A DNA stretch of 64,000 nucleotides from NCBI GenBank assembly GCA_963765575.1, contig CAVXWZ010000011.1, positions 640,001-704,000 of the forward strand, in the 5' to 3' direction. The DNA comes from an uncultured cyanobacterium. GTDB lineage: Bacteria; Cyanobacteriota; Cyanobacteriia; PCC-6307; Cyanobiaceae. The stretch's first letter is position 1, and every line of letters starts with the position of its first letter. Under the pieces are notes generated by a model. The model had not been told where the DNA came from. It made no database searches and saw nothing but the letters and a program-made list of their open reading frames with translations. Below, in pieces: positions 1-9,164 of the stretch. The translations under genes and the position numbers were made by a program.

Positions 1-83
1 AATCGCTTCAACAGCTGGCCCCACTGCCCCGGATGGCGGGGGAGATTCAAGCGGTTCTTGATGGTGGGCAGGCGGCGAGGCAT
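1..83 (-). CDS. 5' end of a gene running off the left edge (product unknown)
   Basis: ATG at 83 opens MPRRLPTIKNRLNLPRHPGQWGQLLKR with no stop to the window edge; divergent from the gene at 182. Confidence 0.35.
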   Translation of the reverse strand, partial: MPRRLPTIKNRLNLPRHPGQWGQLLKR

Positions 84-181
84 CGGCGCAGGATCGCAAG
101 GTCGCGGCAACCGGCCACACTCTCGCGCAGCAACTTGCCGGGTCCCCCTCGCAAGCGGTGCAGCCGATAGGTTGAGGCGCA

Positions 182-1387
182 GTGTCCCGCCCGCCCGTGC
201 CGGCTCCCCACGAGAAGGCCCGGCCCCTGGCCAAGGGCAGCGTCTATCCCGCCAAGGACCTCTGCAGCCAGTGCGGCCTCTGCGACAGCCGCTGGGTGGC
301 CTACGTGAAGCAGAGCTGCGCCTTCCTCACCCAGCGCTTCGAGGCGATGGAGGCTGAGGCCCACGGCCGCAGCCGCGATCTCGAGGATGAGAACGAGCTC
401 TATTTCGGCGTGCATCAGCGGATGCTGATGGCCCGCCTGCGCCAGCCCCTGGAGGGGGCCCAGTGGACCGGAATCGTCAGCCGCATCGGCGTGCGGGCCC
501 TGGAAACCGGCCTGGTGGATGCCGTGCTCTGCGTGGGCCAGAGCGAGCACGACCGCTTCACGCCCGTGCCGCGCCTGGCCCGCACCCCCGCCGAGGTGCT
601 GGCCGCCCGGGTGAACAAGCCCACCCTGTCGCCCAACCTGGAGGTGCTCGAGCAGCTGCCCGGCAGCGGCATCCGCCGGCTGCTGGCCATCGGCGTGGGC
701 TGCCAGATCCAGGCCCTGCGGGCCGTGCAGCCCACCCTGCCCCTCGATGAGCTCTACGTGCTGGGCCTGCCCTGCGTCGACAACGTGTCCCGCGAGGGCC
801 TGCAGACCTTCCTGGAGAGCACCGTGAGCTCCCCCGACACGGTGGTGCACTACGAGTTCATGCAGGACTTCCGCATCCACTTCCGCCACAGCGACGGCCG
901 CAGTGAAACCGTGCCCTTCTTCGGGCTCGACACCCCCAAGCTCAAGGACGTGTTCGCCCCCAGCTGCCTGAGCTGCTTCGACTACACCAACGCCGGCGCC
1001 GACCTGGTGGTGGGCTACATGGGGGCCACCTTCGGCAGCCAGTGGATCACCGTGCGCAACCCCCGGGGCCAGCAGCTGCTGGATCTGGTGGCGCCCGAGC
1101 TGGAGACGGCGCCCGTGACCTCCAGTGGTGATCGCCGCGCGGCGGTGCAGCAGGGCATTGGCGCCTACGACAAGGCCCTGAAGCTGCCCCTGTGGCTCGC
1201 GCGCCTGATCGGCCTGGTGGTGGAGCGCGTCGGGCCCAAGGGGCTGGAGTACGGCCGCTTCTCGATCGACTCCCACTTCACCCGCAACGCCCTCTGGGTG
1301 CGCCGCCACCACCCCGAGAAAGCTGAGGCTCACATCCCCGCCTTCGCCCGCAAGATCGTGAGCCGCTACCGGCTGCCCGAAGCTTGA
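182..1387 (+). CDS. bciB: F420 hydrogenase beta-subunit family protein, probably ferredoxin-dependent 8-vinyl chlorophyllide reductase (BciB/Slr1923-like)
   Basis: PAKDLCSQCGLC Fe-S motif, AQWTGIVS, GVGCQ, GLPCVDN, YEFMQDFRIHF, SCLSCFDY..ADLVVGYMG. Confidence 0.8.
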   Translation: MSRPPVPAPHEKARPLAKGSVYPAKDLCSQCGLCDSRWVAYVKQSCAFLTQRFEAMEAEAHGRSRDLEDENELYFGVHQRMLMARLRQPLEGAQWTGIVSRIGVRALETGLVDAVLCVGQSEHDRFTPVPRLARTPAEVLAARVNKPTLSPNLEVLEQLPGSGIRRLLAIGVGCQIQALRAVQPTLPLDELYVLGLPCVDNVSREGLQTFLESTVSSPDTVVHYEFMQDFRIHFRHSDGRSETVPFFGLDTPKLKDVFAPSCLSCFDYTNAGADLVVGYMGATFGSQWITVRNPRGQQLLDLVAPELETAPVTSSGDRRAAVQQGIGAYDKALKLPLWLARLIGLVVERVGPKGLEYGRFSIDSHFTRNALWVRRHHPEKAEAHIPAFARKIVSRYRLPEA

Positions 1388-2922
1388 GCGGCCAGGCCGG
1401 CGTGCTCCTCCACCCCACGGCCCTGCCGGGTCCGGGGGGCTGCGGCGGTGTGGGCCGTTCGGCCATGCAGTGGATCTCCCTGCTGGCCCGCCACGGCCTC
1501 GGCGTGTGGCAGCTGCTGCCCCTGGCCCCGCCGGACGGCACCGGCTCCCCCTACAGCTCGCCCAGCGGGTCGGCCCTCAACCCCTGGCTGCTGGATGGGG
1601 AGCTGTTGCTGGAGCAGGGCTTTCTGGATCCGGCTGACGCAGCGCTGCTCGAGGTGGATCCGGGGGAGCGCCTCGATCCGGCCCTGCAGACCCGCCGCAG
1701 CCTGGCCCTGGGCCAGGCCCTGGCGCGGCACTGGCCCGGCCAGCCGCGCGATCGCCACCGGGCCCTGCGCCACTGGTGTCGACGGGAGGGCTTCTGGCTG
1801 CGGGACCACTGCCGCTTCATGGTGTTGCGGCGTCTGCAGGCCGGCCGGCCCTGGTGGCAATGGCCCGAGCCCCTGGCCCAGCGGCAGCGCGGTGCCCTGC
1901 GCCGCTTTGATCGCGAGCACCGCCCGCAGCTCCTGGAGGAAGCGCTGCTGCAGTGGTTGTTGCAGGGGCAATGGCAGGCGCTGCGCCGTCACGCGGCCCG
2001 GGAGGGCGTGCGCCTGTTCGGTGACCTGCCCTTCTACGTGGCCCACGACAGTGCCGATGTCTGGAGCCATCCCGGCCTCTTCTCCCTGGCGGCAGGCGGG
2101 GGACTGGAGGAGCAGAGCGGCGTGCCGCCCGACTACTTCTCGGCCAGCGGCCAGCTCTGGGGCTCGCCGGTCTACCGCTGGCGGCGCCACCTGCTCAGCG
2201 GCTTCCACTGGTGGCTGGGCCGGCTGCAGCGCCAGCTGGAGCTGTTCGACCTGCTGCGGCTCGATCACTTCCGTGCCCTCGAGGCCTACTGGAGCGTGCC
2301 GGGTGGGGACGACACGGCCCAGGGCGGCTGCTGGAGACCATCCCCCGGCAACCCGCTGCTCACGGCGCTGTGGCTGCAGCTGGCCCTGCGCGGGGGTCTG
2401 GTGGGCGGTCGGCTCCGGGGGCTGCTGGGCGGCCGCCTGCCGCTGGTGGCCGAAGACCTGGGCGTGATCACGCCGGCGGTGGAGGCGCTGCGCGATCGCC
2501 ACCACCTGGCGGGCATGAAGATCCTCCAGTTCGCCTTCGACGGCAACACCGACAACCCCTACCTGCCGGCCAACATCCACGGCTCCCCCTGGGTGGTGTA
2601 CACGGGCACCCACGACAACGCCACTGCCCTGGGGTGGTGGCAGGGGCTCGACGGCGAGGTGCGCCAACGGGTGGAGGCGGTGCTGGGGGCCGAGGTGACG
2701 GCGCCGGGCTGGCAGCTGCTGGAGGTGGCCCTGGGCACCTCTGCCGAACTGGTGGTCGTGCCTCTGCAGGATCTGCTCGAGCTCGACGATGGCGCCCGCT
2801 TCAACACCCCCGGCACCCTCGGGAACAACTGGACCTGGCGGCTGCAGCGGCCCCTGGAGGAGCTCGACGGCCCGCTCAAGGGCTACGGCGAGCTGGCCTC
2901 CCGCCACCGCCGCAGGGCCTGA
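1384..2922 (+). CDS. malQ: 4-alpha-glucanotransferase (amylomaltase, GH77)
   Basis: GVLLHPTALP, GDLPFYV, GVPPDYFS..GQLWG, RLDHFRAL, AEDLG, YTGTHDN; TTGA overlap with upstream stop. Confidence 0.95.
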   Translation: MSGQAGVLLHPTALPGPGGCGGVGRSAMQWISLLARHGLGVWQLLPLAPPDGTGSPYSSPSGSALNPWLLDGELLLEQGFLDPADAALLEVDPGERLDPALQTRRSLALGQALARHWPGQPRDRHRALRHWCRREGFWLRDHCRFMVLRRLQAGRPWWQWPEPLAQRQRGALRRFDREHRPQLLEEALLQWLLQGQWQALRRHAAREGVRLFGDLPFYVAHDSADVWSHPGLFSLAAGGGLEEQSGVPPDYFSASGQLWGSPVYRWRRHLLSGFHWWLGRLQRQLELFDLLRLDHFRALEAYWSVPGGDDTAQGGCWRPSPGNPLLTALWLQLALRGGLVGGRLRGLLGGRLPLVAEDLGVITPAVEALRDRHHLAGMKILQFAFDGNTDNPYLPANIHGSPWVVYTGTHDNATALGWWQGLDGEVRQRVEAVLGAEVTAPGWQLLEVALGTSAELVVVPLQDLLELDDGARFNTPGTLGNNWTWRLQRPLEELDGPLKGYGELASRHRRRA

Positions 2923-3578
2923 CCTTCGGCGGCCCGCTGCAGCGGGCGCAGCTCGGGATAGGCCATCAGCACCGCCTGCTCGGCCGTGGCCGGCTCGCCG
3001 CCCGGTGGGCGTTCGCTGCCTCCGGCGGAGTTGGGCGCGGGGCCGCTGGCGGGCCGCGGCGCCAGTGGTGCCACGGTCAGTTGGCCGGCCGCCGCCAGGC
3101 GCTGCTGCTGCAGGTTGAGCGCGTAGATCAGCCCCAGGGTGAGCAAGCCGTAGAGCACCGTCCCCTGCCAGGTGGTGAACACGTCGATCGAGCCGGGGGT
3201 GAAGCGCAGCAGCAGCCCGCCGCGGGAGCGGGCCGCGGCGCCCCGGCCGTCGCCCTGGGGCAGCACCGCCTCAAGGCTGCCGGGCTTGAGCTCCAGGTGC
3301 CGCTCGATCAGCGGCAGCATCGTGCGCAGGTAGGCGGGCTCCGGTAGACGGTCGCGCCAGCCCCGCTCCAGGGCTTCCAACACGGCGGTGCTGATGCGGG
3401 TTTCGTCGGCGAGCTGGCGCAGGCTGAGCTGCCGTTGTTCGCGGCGCTGGCGCAGTTGCTGGCCGGCCGCCAGCAGCGGATCCACCGCAACGGCTGCCGG
3501 CTGTTGGGCGCCAGCCCCCGAGCGCCGGCGCCAGAGGCGGCCGAGACGCGCGCGCAGGGTGGCGGGGAAGGGGCTCAG
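2883..3578 (-). CDS. HTH_25/RodZ-like helix-turn-helix membrane protein
   Basis: LRQRRE..LSLRQLADETRIS..VLEALERG..LPEPAY followed by a TM segment; start uncertain (CTG 3578 overlapping the upstream stop, or GTG 3485). Confidence 0.75.
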   Translation of the reverse strand: MSPFPATLRARLGRLWRRRSGAGAQQPAAVAVDPLLAAGQQLRQRREQRQLSLRQLADETRISTAVLEALERGWRDRLPEPAYLRTMLPLIERHLELKPGSLEAVLPQGDGRGAAARSRGGLLLRFTPGSIDVFTTWQGTVLYGLLTLGLIYALNLQQQRLAAAGQLTVAPLAPRPASGPAPNSAGGSERPPGGEPATAEQAVLMAYPELRPLQRAAEGQALRRWREASSP

Positions 3579-4300
3579 GGCTGGGGGGCCAGGGCCTCCC
3601 AGTCTCGGCGATCGAGGTGGCGCCACTGTCCTTCGCCCAGCTCGCCCAGCTGCACCGGCCCGATCGCCAGGCGCTGCAGATCCAGCACCGGATGGCCGAG
3701 CAGAGCGGCGGTGCGGCGGATCTGGCGGTTGCGGCCCTCGCCCATCACCAGTTCCAGCTGGCAGCGATCGGCCTGCTGCCGCCGTCGCGACACCACCACC
3801 GGCTGGCTGGGGCCCTCCTCCAGGGGCACCCCTGCCGCCCAGCGCTCCAAGGTGGCGGCTGCCGGCACCCCTTCGACCCACACCCGGTAGGTCTTGCGGT
3901 GGCCATAGCGGGGGTGGGTGAGGCGCAGGGTGAGCTCGCCGCGGTTGGTGAGCAACAGGGCGCCCCGGCTGTCGCCATCGAGGCGGCCCACCGGATGCAG
4001 CCCCAGCCCCCGGCGCAGCTGCGGGGGCAGCAGGTCGAGCACGGTGGGGCGGCCGCGGGGGTCGCTGCAGCTGCAGAGCACGCCGGCGGGTTTGTTGAGC
4101 AGCAACAGCAGTGGTGCGGCGGCCGGGCTCAGGGGCCGGCCGTCCACGGTGATCGCGTCAGCGGCGGGGTCGGCCCGGTCCCCGAGGCCGGCCAGCCGCC
4201 CATTGACCTGCACGCGGCCCTGGCTGAGCAGGTCCTCGGCGCTGCGGCGGGAGCAGAGCCCGGTGGCGGCGATCAGCTTCTGGATCCGTTCGGCTGGCAT
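3575..4300 (-). CDS. RsuA/RluB family rRNA pseudouridine synthase
   Basis: S4 domain ERIQKLIA..CSRR, LNKPAG, catalytic VGRLD, EGRNRQIRR; ATG at 4300. Confidence 0.93.
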   Translation of the reverse strand: MPAERIQKLIAATGLCSRRSAEDLLSQGRVQVNGRLAGLGDRADPAADAITVDGRPLSPAAAPLLLLLNKPAGVLCSCSDPRGRPTVLDLLPPQLRRGLGLHPVGRLDGDSRGALLLTNRGELTLRLTHPRYGHRKTYRVWVEGVPAAATLERWAAGVPLEEGPSQPVVVSRRRQQADRCQLELVMGEGRNRQIRRTAALLGHPVLDLQRLAIGPVQLGELGEGQWRHLDRRDWEALAPQP

Positions 4301-4390
4301 GGCTCCATCCTCTCCAGGAGCGGGCGCTGGAGCGGGTCGGGCAGCGGCGGGACTGGCCTGCTGGGGAGAACCGGAACGGAAGTGATAGGT

Positions 4391-4414
4391 TTGCGAAACG
4401 AGAATGTTTCGTAA
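4391..4414. promoter_or_regulatory. Inverted repeat (putative operator) upstream of sigma factor gene
   Basis: TTGCGAAAC-gagaat-GTTTCGTAA, 8/9 match, AT-rich relative to flanks. Confidence 0.45.
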
Positions 4415-4426
4415 CTCGCGAACGCC

Positions 4427-5461
4427 ATGGCTCCTCGTCCCGCCGCTGCCCCCGCCGCTGCCCTCCGGCCTGCGGCCGCTGAGGCCTCCCAGATGGGTGG
4501 CGGCGACCTGGTGCGCAGCTACCTGCGGGACATCGGCCGGGTGCCGCTGCTGAGCCACGAGCAGGAGATCACGCTGGGCCGCCAGGTGCAGGAGCTGATG
4601 GGTCTGGAGGAGATCGAACAGGAACTGACGATGCGGGCCGGCGGCAGCAAGCCGAGCGGTGTGGAGCTGGCGGCGGCGGCGGGTCTGAGCCCGCTGCTGC
4701 TGAAGAAGCGGCTGCAGGCGGGCCGGCGGGCGAAGGAGCGGATGGTGGCGGCGAACCTGCGGCTGGTGGTGAGCGTGGCGAAGAAATACACCAAGCGGAA
4801 CATGGAACTGCTGGACCTGATCCAGGAGGGCACGATCGGCCTGGTGCGGGGTGTGGAGAAGTTCGACCCGACGCGGGGCTACAAATTTTCAACCTATGCC
4901 TACTGGTGGATCCGGCAGGGGATCACGCGGGCGATCGCCGAGAAGAGCCGCACGATCCGGCTGCCGATCCACATCACCGAAACGCTGAACAAGCTGAAGA
5001 AGGGTCAGCGGGAGCTGAGCCAGACGCTGGGTCGCACGCCGACGGTGACGGAACTGGCGGAGTTCGTGGAGCTGCCGGAGGAGGAGGTGAAGGACCTGCT
5101 GTGCCGTGCGCGGCAGCCGGTGAGCCTGGAGACGAAGGTGGGCGACGGTGAGGACACGGAGCTGCTGGAGCTGCTGGCCGGGGATGAGGAACTGCCGGAT
5201 GAGCGGGTGGACGGTGAGTGCCTGAAGGGTGACCTGCGGGCGCTGCTGGAGCAGCTGCCGGAGCTGCAGGGGCGGGTGCTGAAGATGCGCTACGGCATCG
5301 CCACGGATGGAGAGGGCGAGGGGCTGAGGGATCCGATGAGCCTCAGCTCGATCGCCAAGACCCTGGGGATGAGCCGCGACAAGACCCGCAACCTCGAGCG
5401 CAAGGCCCTGGAGGGGATTCGCTCCCAGTCATGCCGGCTGGAGGGCTATCTGGCCGCCTAG
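4427..5461 (+). CDS. Group 2 RpoD/SigA-family sigma-70 factor
   Basis: [16 protein letters not shown] (1.2), [44 protein letters not shown]; no region 1.1. Confidence 0.95.
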   Translation: MAPRPAAAPAAALRPAAAEASQMGGGDLVRSYLRDIGRVPLLSHEQEITLGRQVQELMGLEEIEQELTMRAGGSKPSGVELAAAAGLSPLLLKKRLQAGRRAKERMVAANLRLVVSVAKKYTKRNMELLDLIQEGTIGLVRGVEKFDPTRGYKFSTYAYWWIRQGITRAIAEKSRTIRLPIHITETLNKLKKGQRELSQTLGRTPTVTELAEFVELPEEEVKDLLCRARQPVSLETKVGDGEDTELLELLAGDEELPDERVDGECLKGDLRALLEQLPELQGRVLKMRYGIATDGEGEGLRDPMSLSSIAKTLGMSRDKTRNLERKALEGIRSQSCRLEGYLAA

Positions 5462-5463
5462 GT

Positions 5464-5937
5464 CTAGAAAAACTGGTCGAAGTTGTCGAAGTCGACGGCG
5501 CTGAAGGTGCCGTTCTCGACCTGCTGCATCAGCCGCTCCAGCTGCACCCAGAGGCCACCGGCGGTGGCGAGCGAGAGCACGAAGGACACCAGCAGCGCCA
5601 CCCCTGAGGAGAAGCCGAACACCTGCAGGCTGCCGCCGATGAACAGGGTGATGCCGATCACCACGCCGATGTAGGGCATGGTGGTGGCGGCGCTGGCCAG
5701 GGGCAGCAGGGCCAGTCGGTCCTGTTTCCAGGCCTCCAGCTTGTTCTCCACCAGCTTGGCGAAGGTGAGCCCGCAGAGCACGCCGATGGCCAGGCCCACC
5801 CCCGCCACCAGATAGGGCGGCTGCATGAAGGTGGCCACCTCCAGCAGCAACTCGGCGCCATCGAGGTCGCTGAACAGCTCGCCGGCCGCATCCCCGCTCG
5901 ACAGAGCGGTGGACAGCGTGGTGGGGGAATCGATCAC
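5464..5937 (-). CDS. Conserved cyanobacterial membrane protein
   Basis: QPPY followed by three hydrophobic segments, host-like codon usage; start may be TTG 5850. Confidence 0.7.
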   Translation of the reverse strand: MIDSPTTLSTALSSGDAAGELFSDLDGAELLLEVATFMQPPYLVAGVGLAIGVLCGLTFAKLVENKLEAWKQDRLALLPLASAATTMPYIGVVIGITLFIGGSLQVFGFSSGVALLVSFVLSLATAGGLWVQLERLMQQVENGTFSAVDFDNFDQFF

Positions 5938-5990
5938 GGGGGACTGCTGGGCAGGGGGAGCGGTGGGCTGGCAGCGACCCTAGAGGCGTC

Positions 5991-7658
5991 TCAGGCCGCC
6001 GCGGACAGCGGGTTGAGCCGGGCCAGCACGCCGCCGGCCAGCTTGGCCGGAGTGAAGGTGCGCCGCAGCAGGCCCAGCAGGGCGCTGAGATCGTCGGTGT
6101 GCAGGTGGTCACCCTGCACCAGGGTGAGCAGCAGCCGCTGGCGCAGGCTGCTGCCCTGCGGCCCCAGCAGCAGCTTCAAGCCCGAGCCCATCACCGGCAG
6201 CAGGTCGGGGCTGGTGCCGGCCTCGTCCACCACCGCCAGCAGGTTCTCGAGCCGTTGCACGCGCAGGTGGCCATCGCTGTCGAACAGCACCTCCAGCAGC
6301 TTCTCGCGCATCTCGGCGGTGTCGCCGGCCAGCAGCCGCCGCGCCACGTAGGGATAGGCCACGCGGATGATCTTGAAGTCGGGGTCGAGCCGCAGCGCCA
6401 GGCCCTCCTGGCTCACCACGGCTCGGATGATCAGGGCGAAGCGGGCCGGCACCCGGAAGGGGTAGTCGAACATCAGCTCCGAGAAGCGATCGGTGACCGA
6501 CTTGAAGTTGAAGCTGCCCACGTTTTCCCCCAGCGCCCCCCCCAGCACCTCGTCCAGGGCCGGAATGATCGGTTCCAGGTCGGTGTCGGCGGTGAGGAAA
6601 CCGAGTGCCACGAAGTCGTGGGCCAGGGCCCGGAAGTCACGGTTGATCAGGTGCACCACAGCGCCGGTGAGGGTGAGCCGGTCGGCGTCGCTGATCGAAT
6701 CCATCATCCCGAAGTCCACATAGGCCACGTGGCCCAGGGCGCCGTGGCGACCCGGCAGGGCGAAGAGGTTGCCGGGATGGGGATCGGCGTGGAAGTAGCC
6801 GAACTCCAGCAGCTGGCGCAGGCCGGCGATCACGCAGGTGCGGATCAAGGCGGCGGGGTCAAGGCCCTGGGCCTGCAGGGTGCGGCGGTCCTGGAGCTTG
6901 GTGCCGTGGATCCAGCTGGTGGTGAGCACGTGCCGGGAGCTGAGCTGGCGCTCCACCCGCGGCACGCTGACCTCCGGGTGGTGCTCAAAGAGGGCGGCGA
7001 AGCGCTCGGCGTTGTCGGCTTCGCTGTGGTAGTCGATCTCCTCGAACAGGGAGCGGCCAAACTCGTCGATGATCTCGCTCAGGCCCACCCCCAGGTTGAG
7101 GGGGAGCAGCGGCGCGCTGAGCACCGCCAGCAGCCGGATCAGCACCAGATCGCGGCGCAGGATGCGTTCCAGCCCTGGCCGCTGCACTTTCACCGCCACC
7201 CAGCGGCCGTCACTCAGCCGGGCCCGGTACACCTGTCCCAGGCTGGCCGCCGCCACCGGGTAGTCGGGAAACTCCTCGAACAACTGATCGGCCGGCGCCC
7301 CCAGCTCCGCCTCGATCAGCGCCAGGGCCACCTCCTCTGGGAAGGGCGGCAGGTTGTCCTGCAGCTGGGTGAGCTCCTCCAGCCAGTCGCGCCGCACCAG
7401 ATCAGGGCGGGTGGAGAGGGCCTGGCCCACCTTGATGAAGCAGGGGCCCAGATGGGTGAGGGTGGCGAGGATGCGCTGGCCGAGCCTGCGCTGCACGCCG
7501 GCATCGCTGCTCTTGCCCTGCACCAGCAGCACCAGCGTGAGGCTGCCCAGTTGCCAGAGCACGCTGCTCAGCCGGCTGATCAGGATCCAGGGACGGCGCA
7601 GCAGCCAGACCCGATCGGCCTTCGCGTCGTAGGCGGGACTTGCGGTGGCAGCGGTCAA
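5991..7658 (-). CDS. ABC1/AarF/UbiB family atypical kinase
   Basis: GPCFIKVGQALSTRPD, AASLGQVY, VAVKVQRP, FHADPHPGN, DFGMM; TTG start 7658. Confidence 0.93.
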   Translation of the reverse strand: MTAATASPAYDAKADRVWLLRRPWILISRLSSVLWQLGSLTLVLLVQGKSSDAGVQRRLGQRILATLTHLGPCFIKVGQALSTRPDLVRRDWLEELTQLQDNLPPFPEEVALALIEAELGAPADQLFEEFPDYPVAAASLGQVYRARLSDGRWVAVKVQRPGLERILRRDLVLIRLLAVLSAPLLPLNLGVGLSEIIDEFGRSLFEEIDYHSEADNAERFAALFEHHPEVSVPRVERQLSSRHVLTTSWIHGTKLQDRRTLQAQGLDPAALIRTCVIAGLRQLLEFGYFHADPHPGNLFALPGRHGALGHVAYVDFGMMDSISDADRLTLTGAVVHLINRDFRALAHDFVALGFLTADTDLEPIIPALDEVLGGALGENVGSFNFKSVTDRFSELMFDYPFRVPARFALIIRAVVSQEGLALRLDPDFKIIRVAYPYVARRLLAGDTAEMREKLLEVLFDSDGHLRVQRLENLLAVVDEAGTSPDLLPVMGSGLKLLLGPQGSSLRQRLLLTLVQGDHLHTDDLSALLGLLRRTFTPAKLAGGVLARLNPLSAAA

Positions 7659-7724
7659 GGGCGATGCCGGCCTGGCGCGGCGGCTGGGGAGATGGCCAGA
7701 CTCTAGAAACCGCGGACCGGCGCC

Positions 7725-9158
7725 TTGGACAGCTCGCCTGCGAACAGCTCGCCTGCGAACAGCTCGCCGCAGCCTTCCCTGTTGGCCCGGGCCCTGAGGC
7801 CACGGCGGATCGCGGCCCCCTGGGCCCGGTCCCTGCCCCTGCACCTCCCCGCCCACGGCCGCGGCCGCGGCCTGGCGCCGGAGCTGGGGCGGCTGCTGCG
7901 TCAACGGCCCGGCTGCTGGGACCTGCCCGAACTGCCGGCCATCGGCGGCCCCCTGGAGCCCCGTGGCGTGGTGGCCGAGGCCCAGCGGGCCTGTGCCGAG
8001 CTGCTGGGCGCCGAGCACTGCTGGTTTGGGGTGAATGGTGCCAGCGGGCTGCTGCAGGCCGCACTGCTGGCCCTGGCGCCGCCGGGCGCTCGCGTGCTGC
8101 TGCCCCGCAACCTGCACCGCTCCCTGCTGCACGGCTGCGTGCTGGGGCAGCTGCGGCCGGTGCTGTTCAACCTGCCCTTCGATCCGGCCAGCGGCCTCTG
8201 GCAACCCCCCGATGCCGCCTGGCTGCGGCGGGTGCTGGCGGCGGCCCTGGCCGAGGGTCCCCTGGCGGCGGTGGTGCTGACGTCCCCCAGCTACCAGGGT
8301 CTGGCCAGTGATCTGGGCCCCCTGGCGGCCGTGGTGCACGGGGCTGGGCTGCCGCTGCTGGTGGATCAGGCCCACGGCCGCGGCGAGGCCCTGGCGGCCG
8401 GTGCCGACCTGGTGGTGCTCTCCTGCCAGAAGGATGGAGGCGGCCTCGCCCAGAGCGCCGTGCTGCTGGGCCAGGGCCCGCGGCTGGAGCTGCCGGCGAT
8501 CGAGCGCAGCCTGCTGTGGCTGCAGACCTCCAGCCCCAGCGCCCTGCTGCTGGCCTCCAGCGAGGCGTCGCTGCGGCACGGCTGCAGCGACGCCGGCCGC
8601 GAGCAGCGCCACCGCGCCGAGGCGGTGGCGGCCCGGCTGCGCCGGCGCTGCGCCGCGCTGGGCCTGCCGCTGCTGGCCAACCAGGACCCCCTGCGCCTGG
8701 TGCTGCACAGCGCCGCCCTCGGCATCAACGGACTGGAGGCCGATGCGTGGTTGCTGGCGCGGGGGGTGATCGCCGAGCTGCCGGAACCCGGCACACTCAC
8801 GTTCTGCCTGGGCGCGGTGCCCCCCCCTGGCGTGGTGCGGCGCCTGCCGCGGCTGTTGGCGGCCCTGGCCAGGGCGCTGGGGGGCGCCCCGCTGCCACCC
8901 TTCAGCGCCCCGCCCCTGCCGCTGGTGGCCGAGCCGGAGCTGGCGCTGGAGCGGGCCTGGCGGGCGCCGTCGCGGTCGCTGCCGCTGGCCCGCGCCGCCG
9001 GGGAGCTGGCCGCCGAACCCCTTTGCCCCTATCCCCCCGGCATCCCGCTGTTGGTGCCCGGCGAGCGCATCGATGCCGGCCGGGCGAACTGGCTGGCCGC
9101 CGAGGCTCGTCGCTGGCCCGGTCAGATCGCTGATACGGTGAAGGTTGTGGCCAGTTAG
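7725..9158 (+). CDS. Orn/Lys/Arg decarboxylase family PLP enzyme
   Basis: LHLPAH, DLPELP, VNGASG, RNLHRS, DQAHG, QTSSPS, PYPPGIPLLVPGE. Confidence 0.85.
   Translation: MDSSPANSSPANSSPQPSLLARALRPRRIAAPWARSLPLHLPAHGRGRGLAPELGRLLRQRPGCWDLPELPAIGGPLEPRGVVAEAQRACAELLGAEHCWFGVNGASGLLQAALLALAPPGARVLLPRNLHRSLLHGCVLGQLRPVLFNLPFDPASGLWQPPDAAWLRRVLAAALAEGPLAAVVLTSPSYQGLASDLGPLAAVVHGAGLPLLVDQAHGRGEALAAGADLVVLSCQKDGGGLAQSAVLLGQGPRLELPAIERSLLWLQTSSPSALLLASSEASLRHGCSDAGREQRHRAEAVAARLRRRCAALGLPLLANQDPLRLVLHSAALGINGLEADAWLLARGVIAELPEPGTLTFCLGAVPPPGVVRRLPRLLAALARALGGAPLPPFSAPPLPLVAEPELALERAWRAPSRSLPLARAAGELAAEPLCPYPPGIPLLVPGERIDAGRANWLAAEARRWPGQIADTVKVVAS
7729..7768 (+). repeat. 15-bp tandem repeat (about 2.7 copies) encoding SSPAN
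   Basis: ACAGCTCGCCTGCGA x2 plus ACAGCTCGCC. Confidence 0.9.
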
Positions 9159-9164
9159 GACCCC

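Noticed and set aside
7729..7768. Short tandem repeats here and at 42193 as CRISPR or phase-variation loci
   Set aside because: No spacers; unit lengths are multiples of 3, so they are simple in-frame slippage in linkers.
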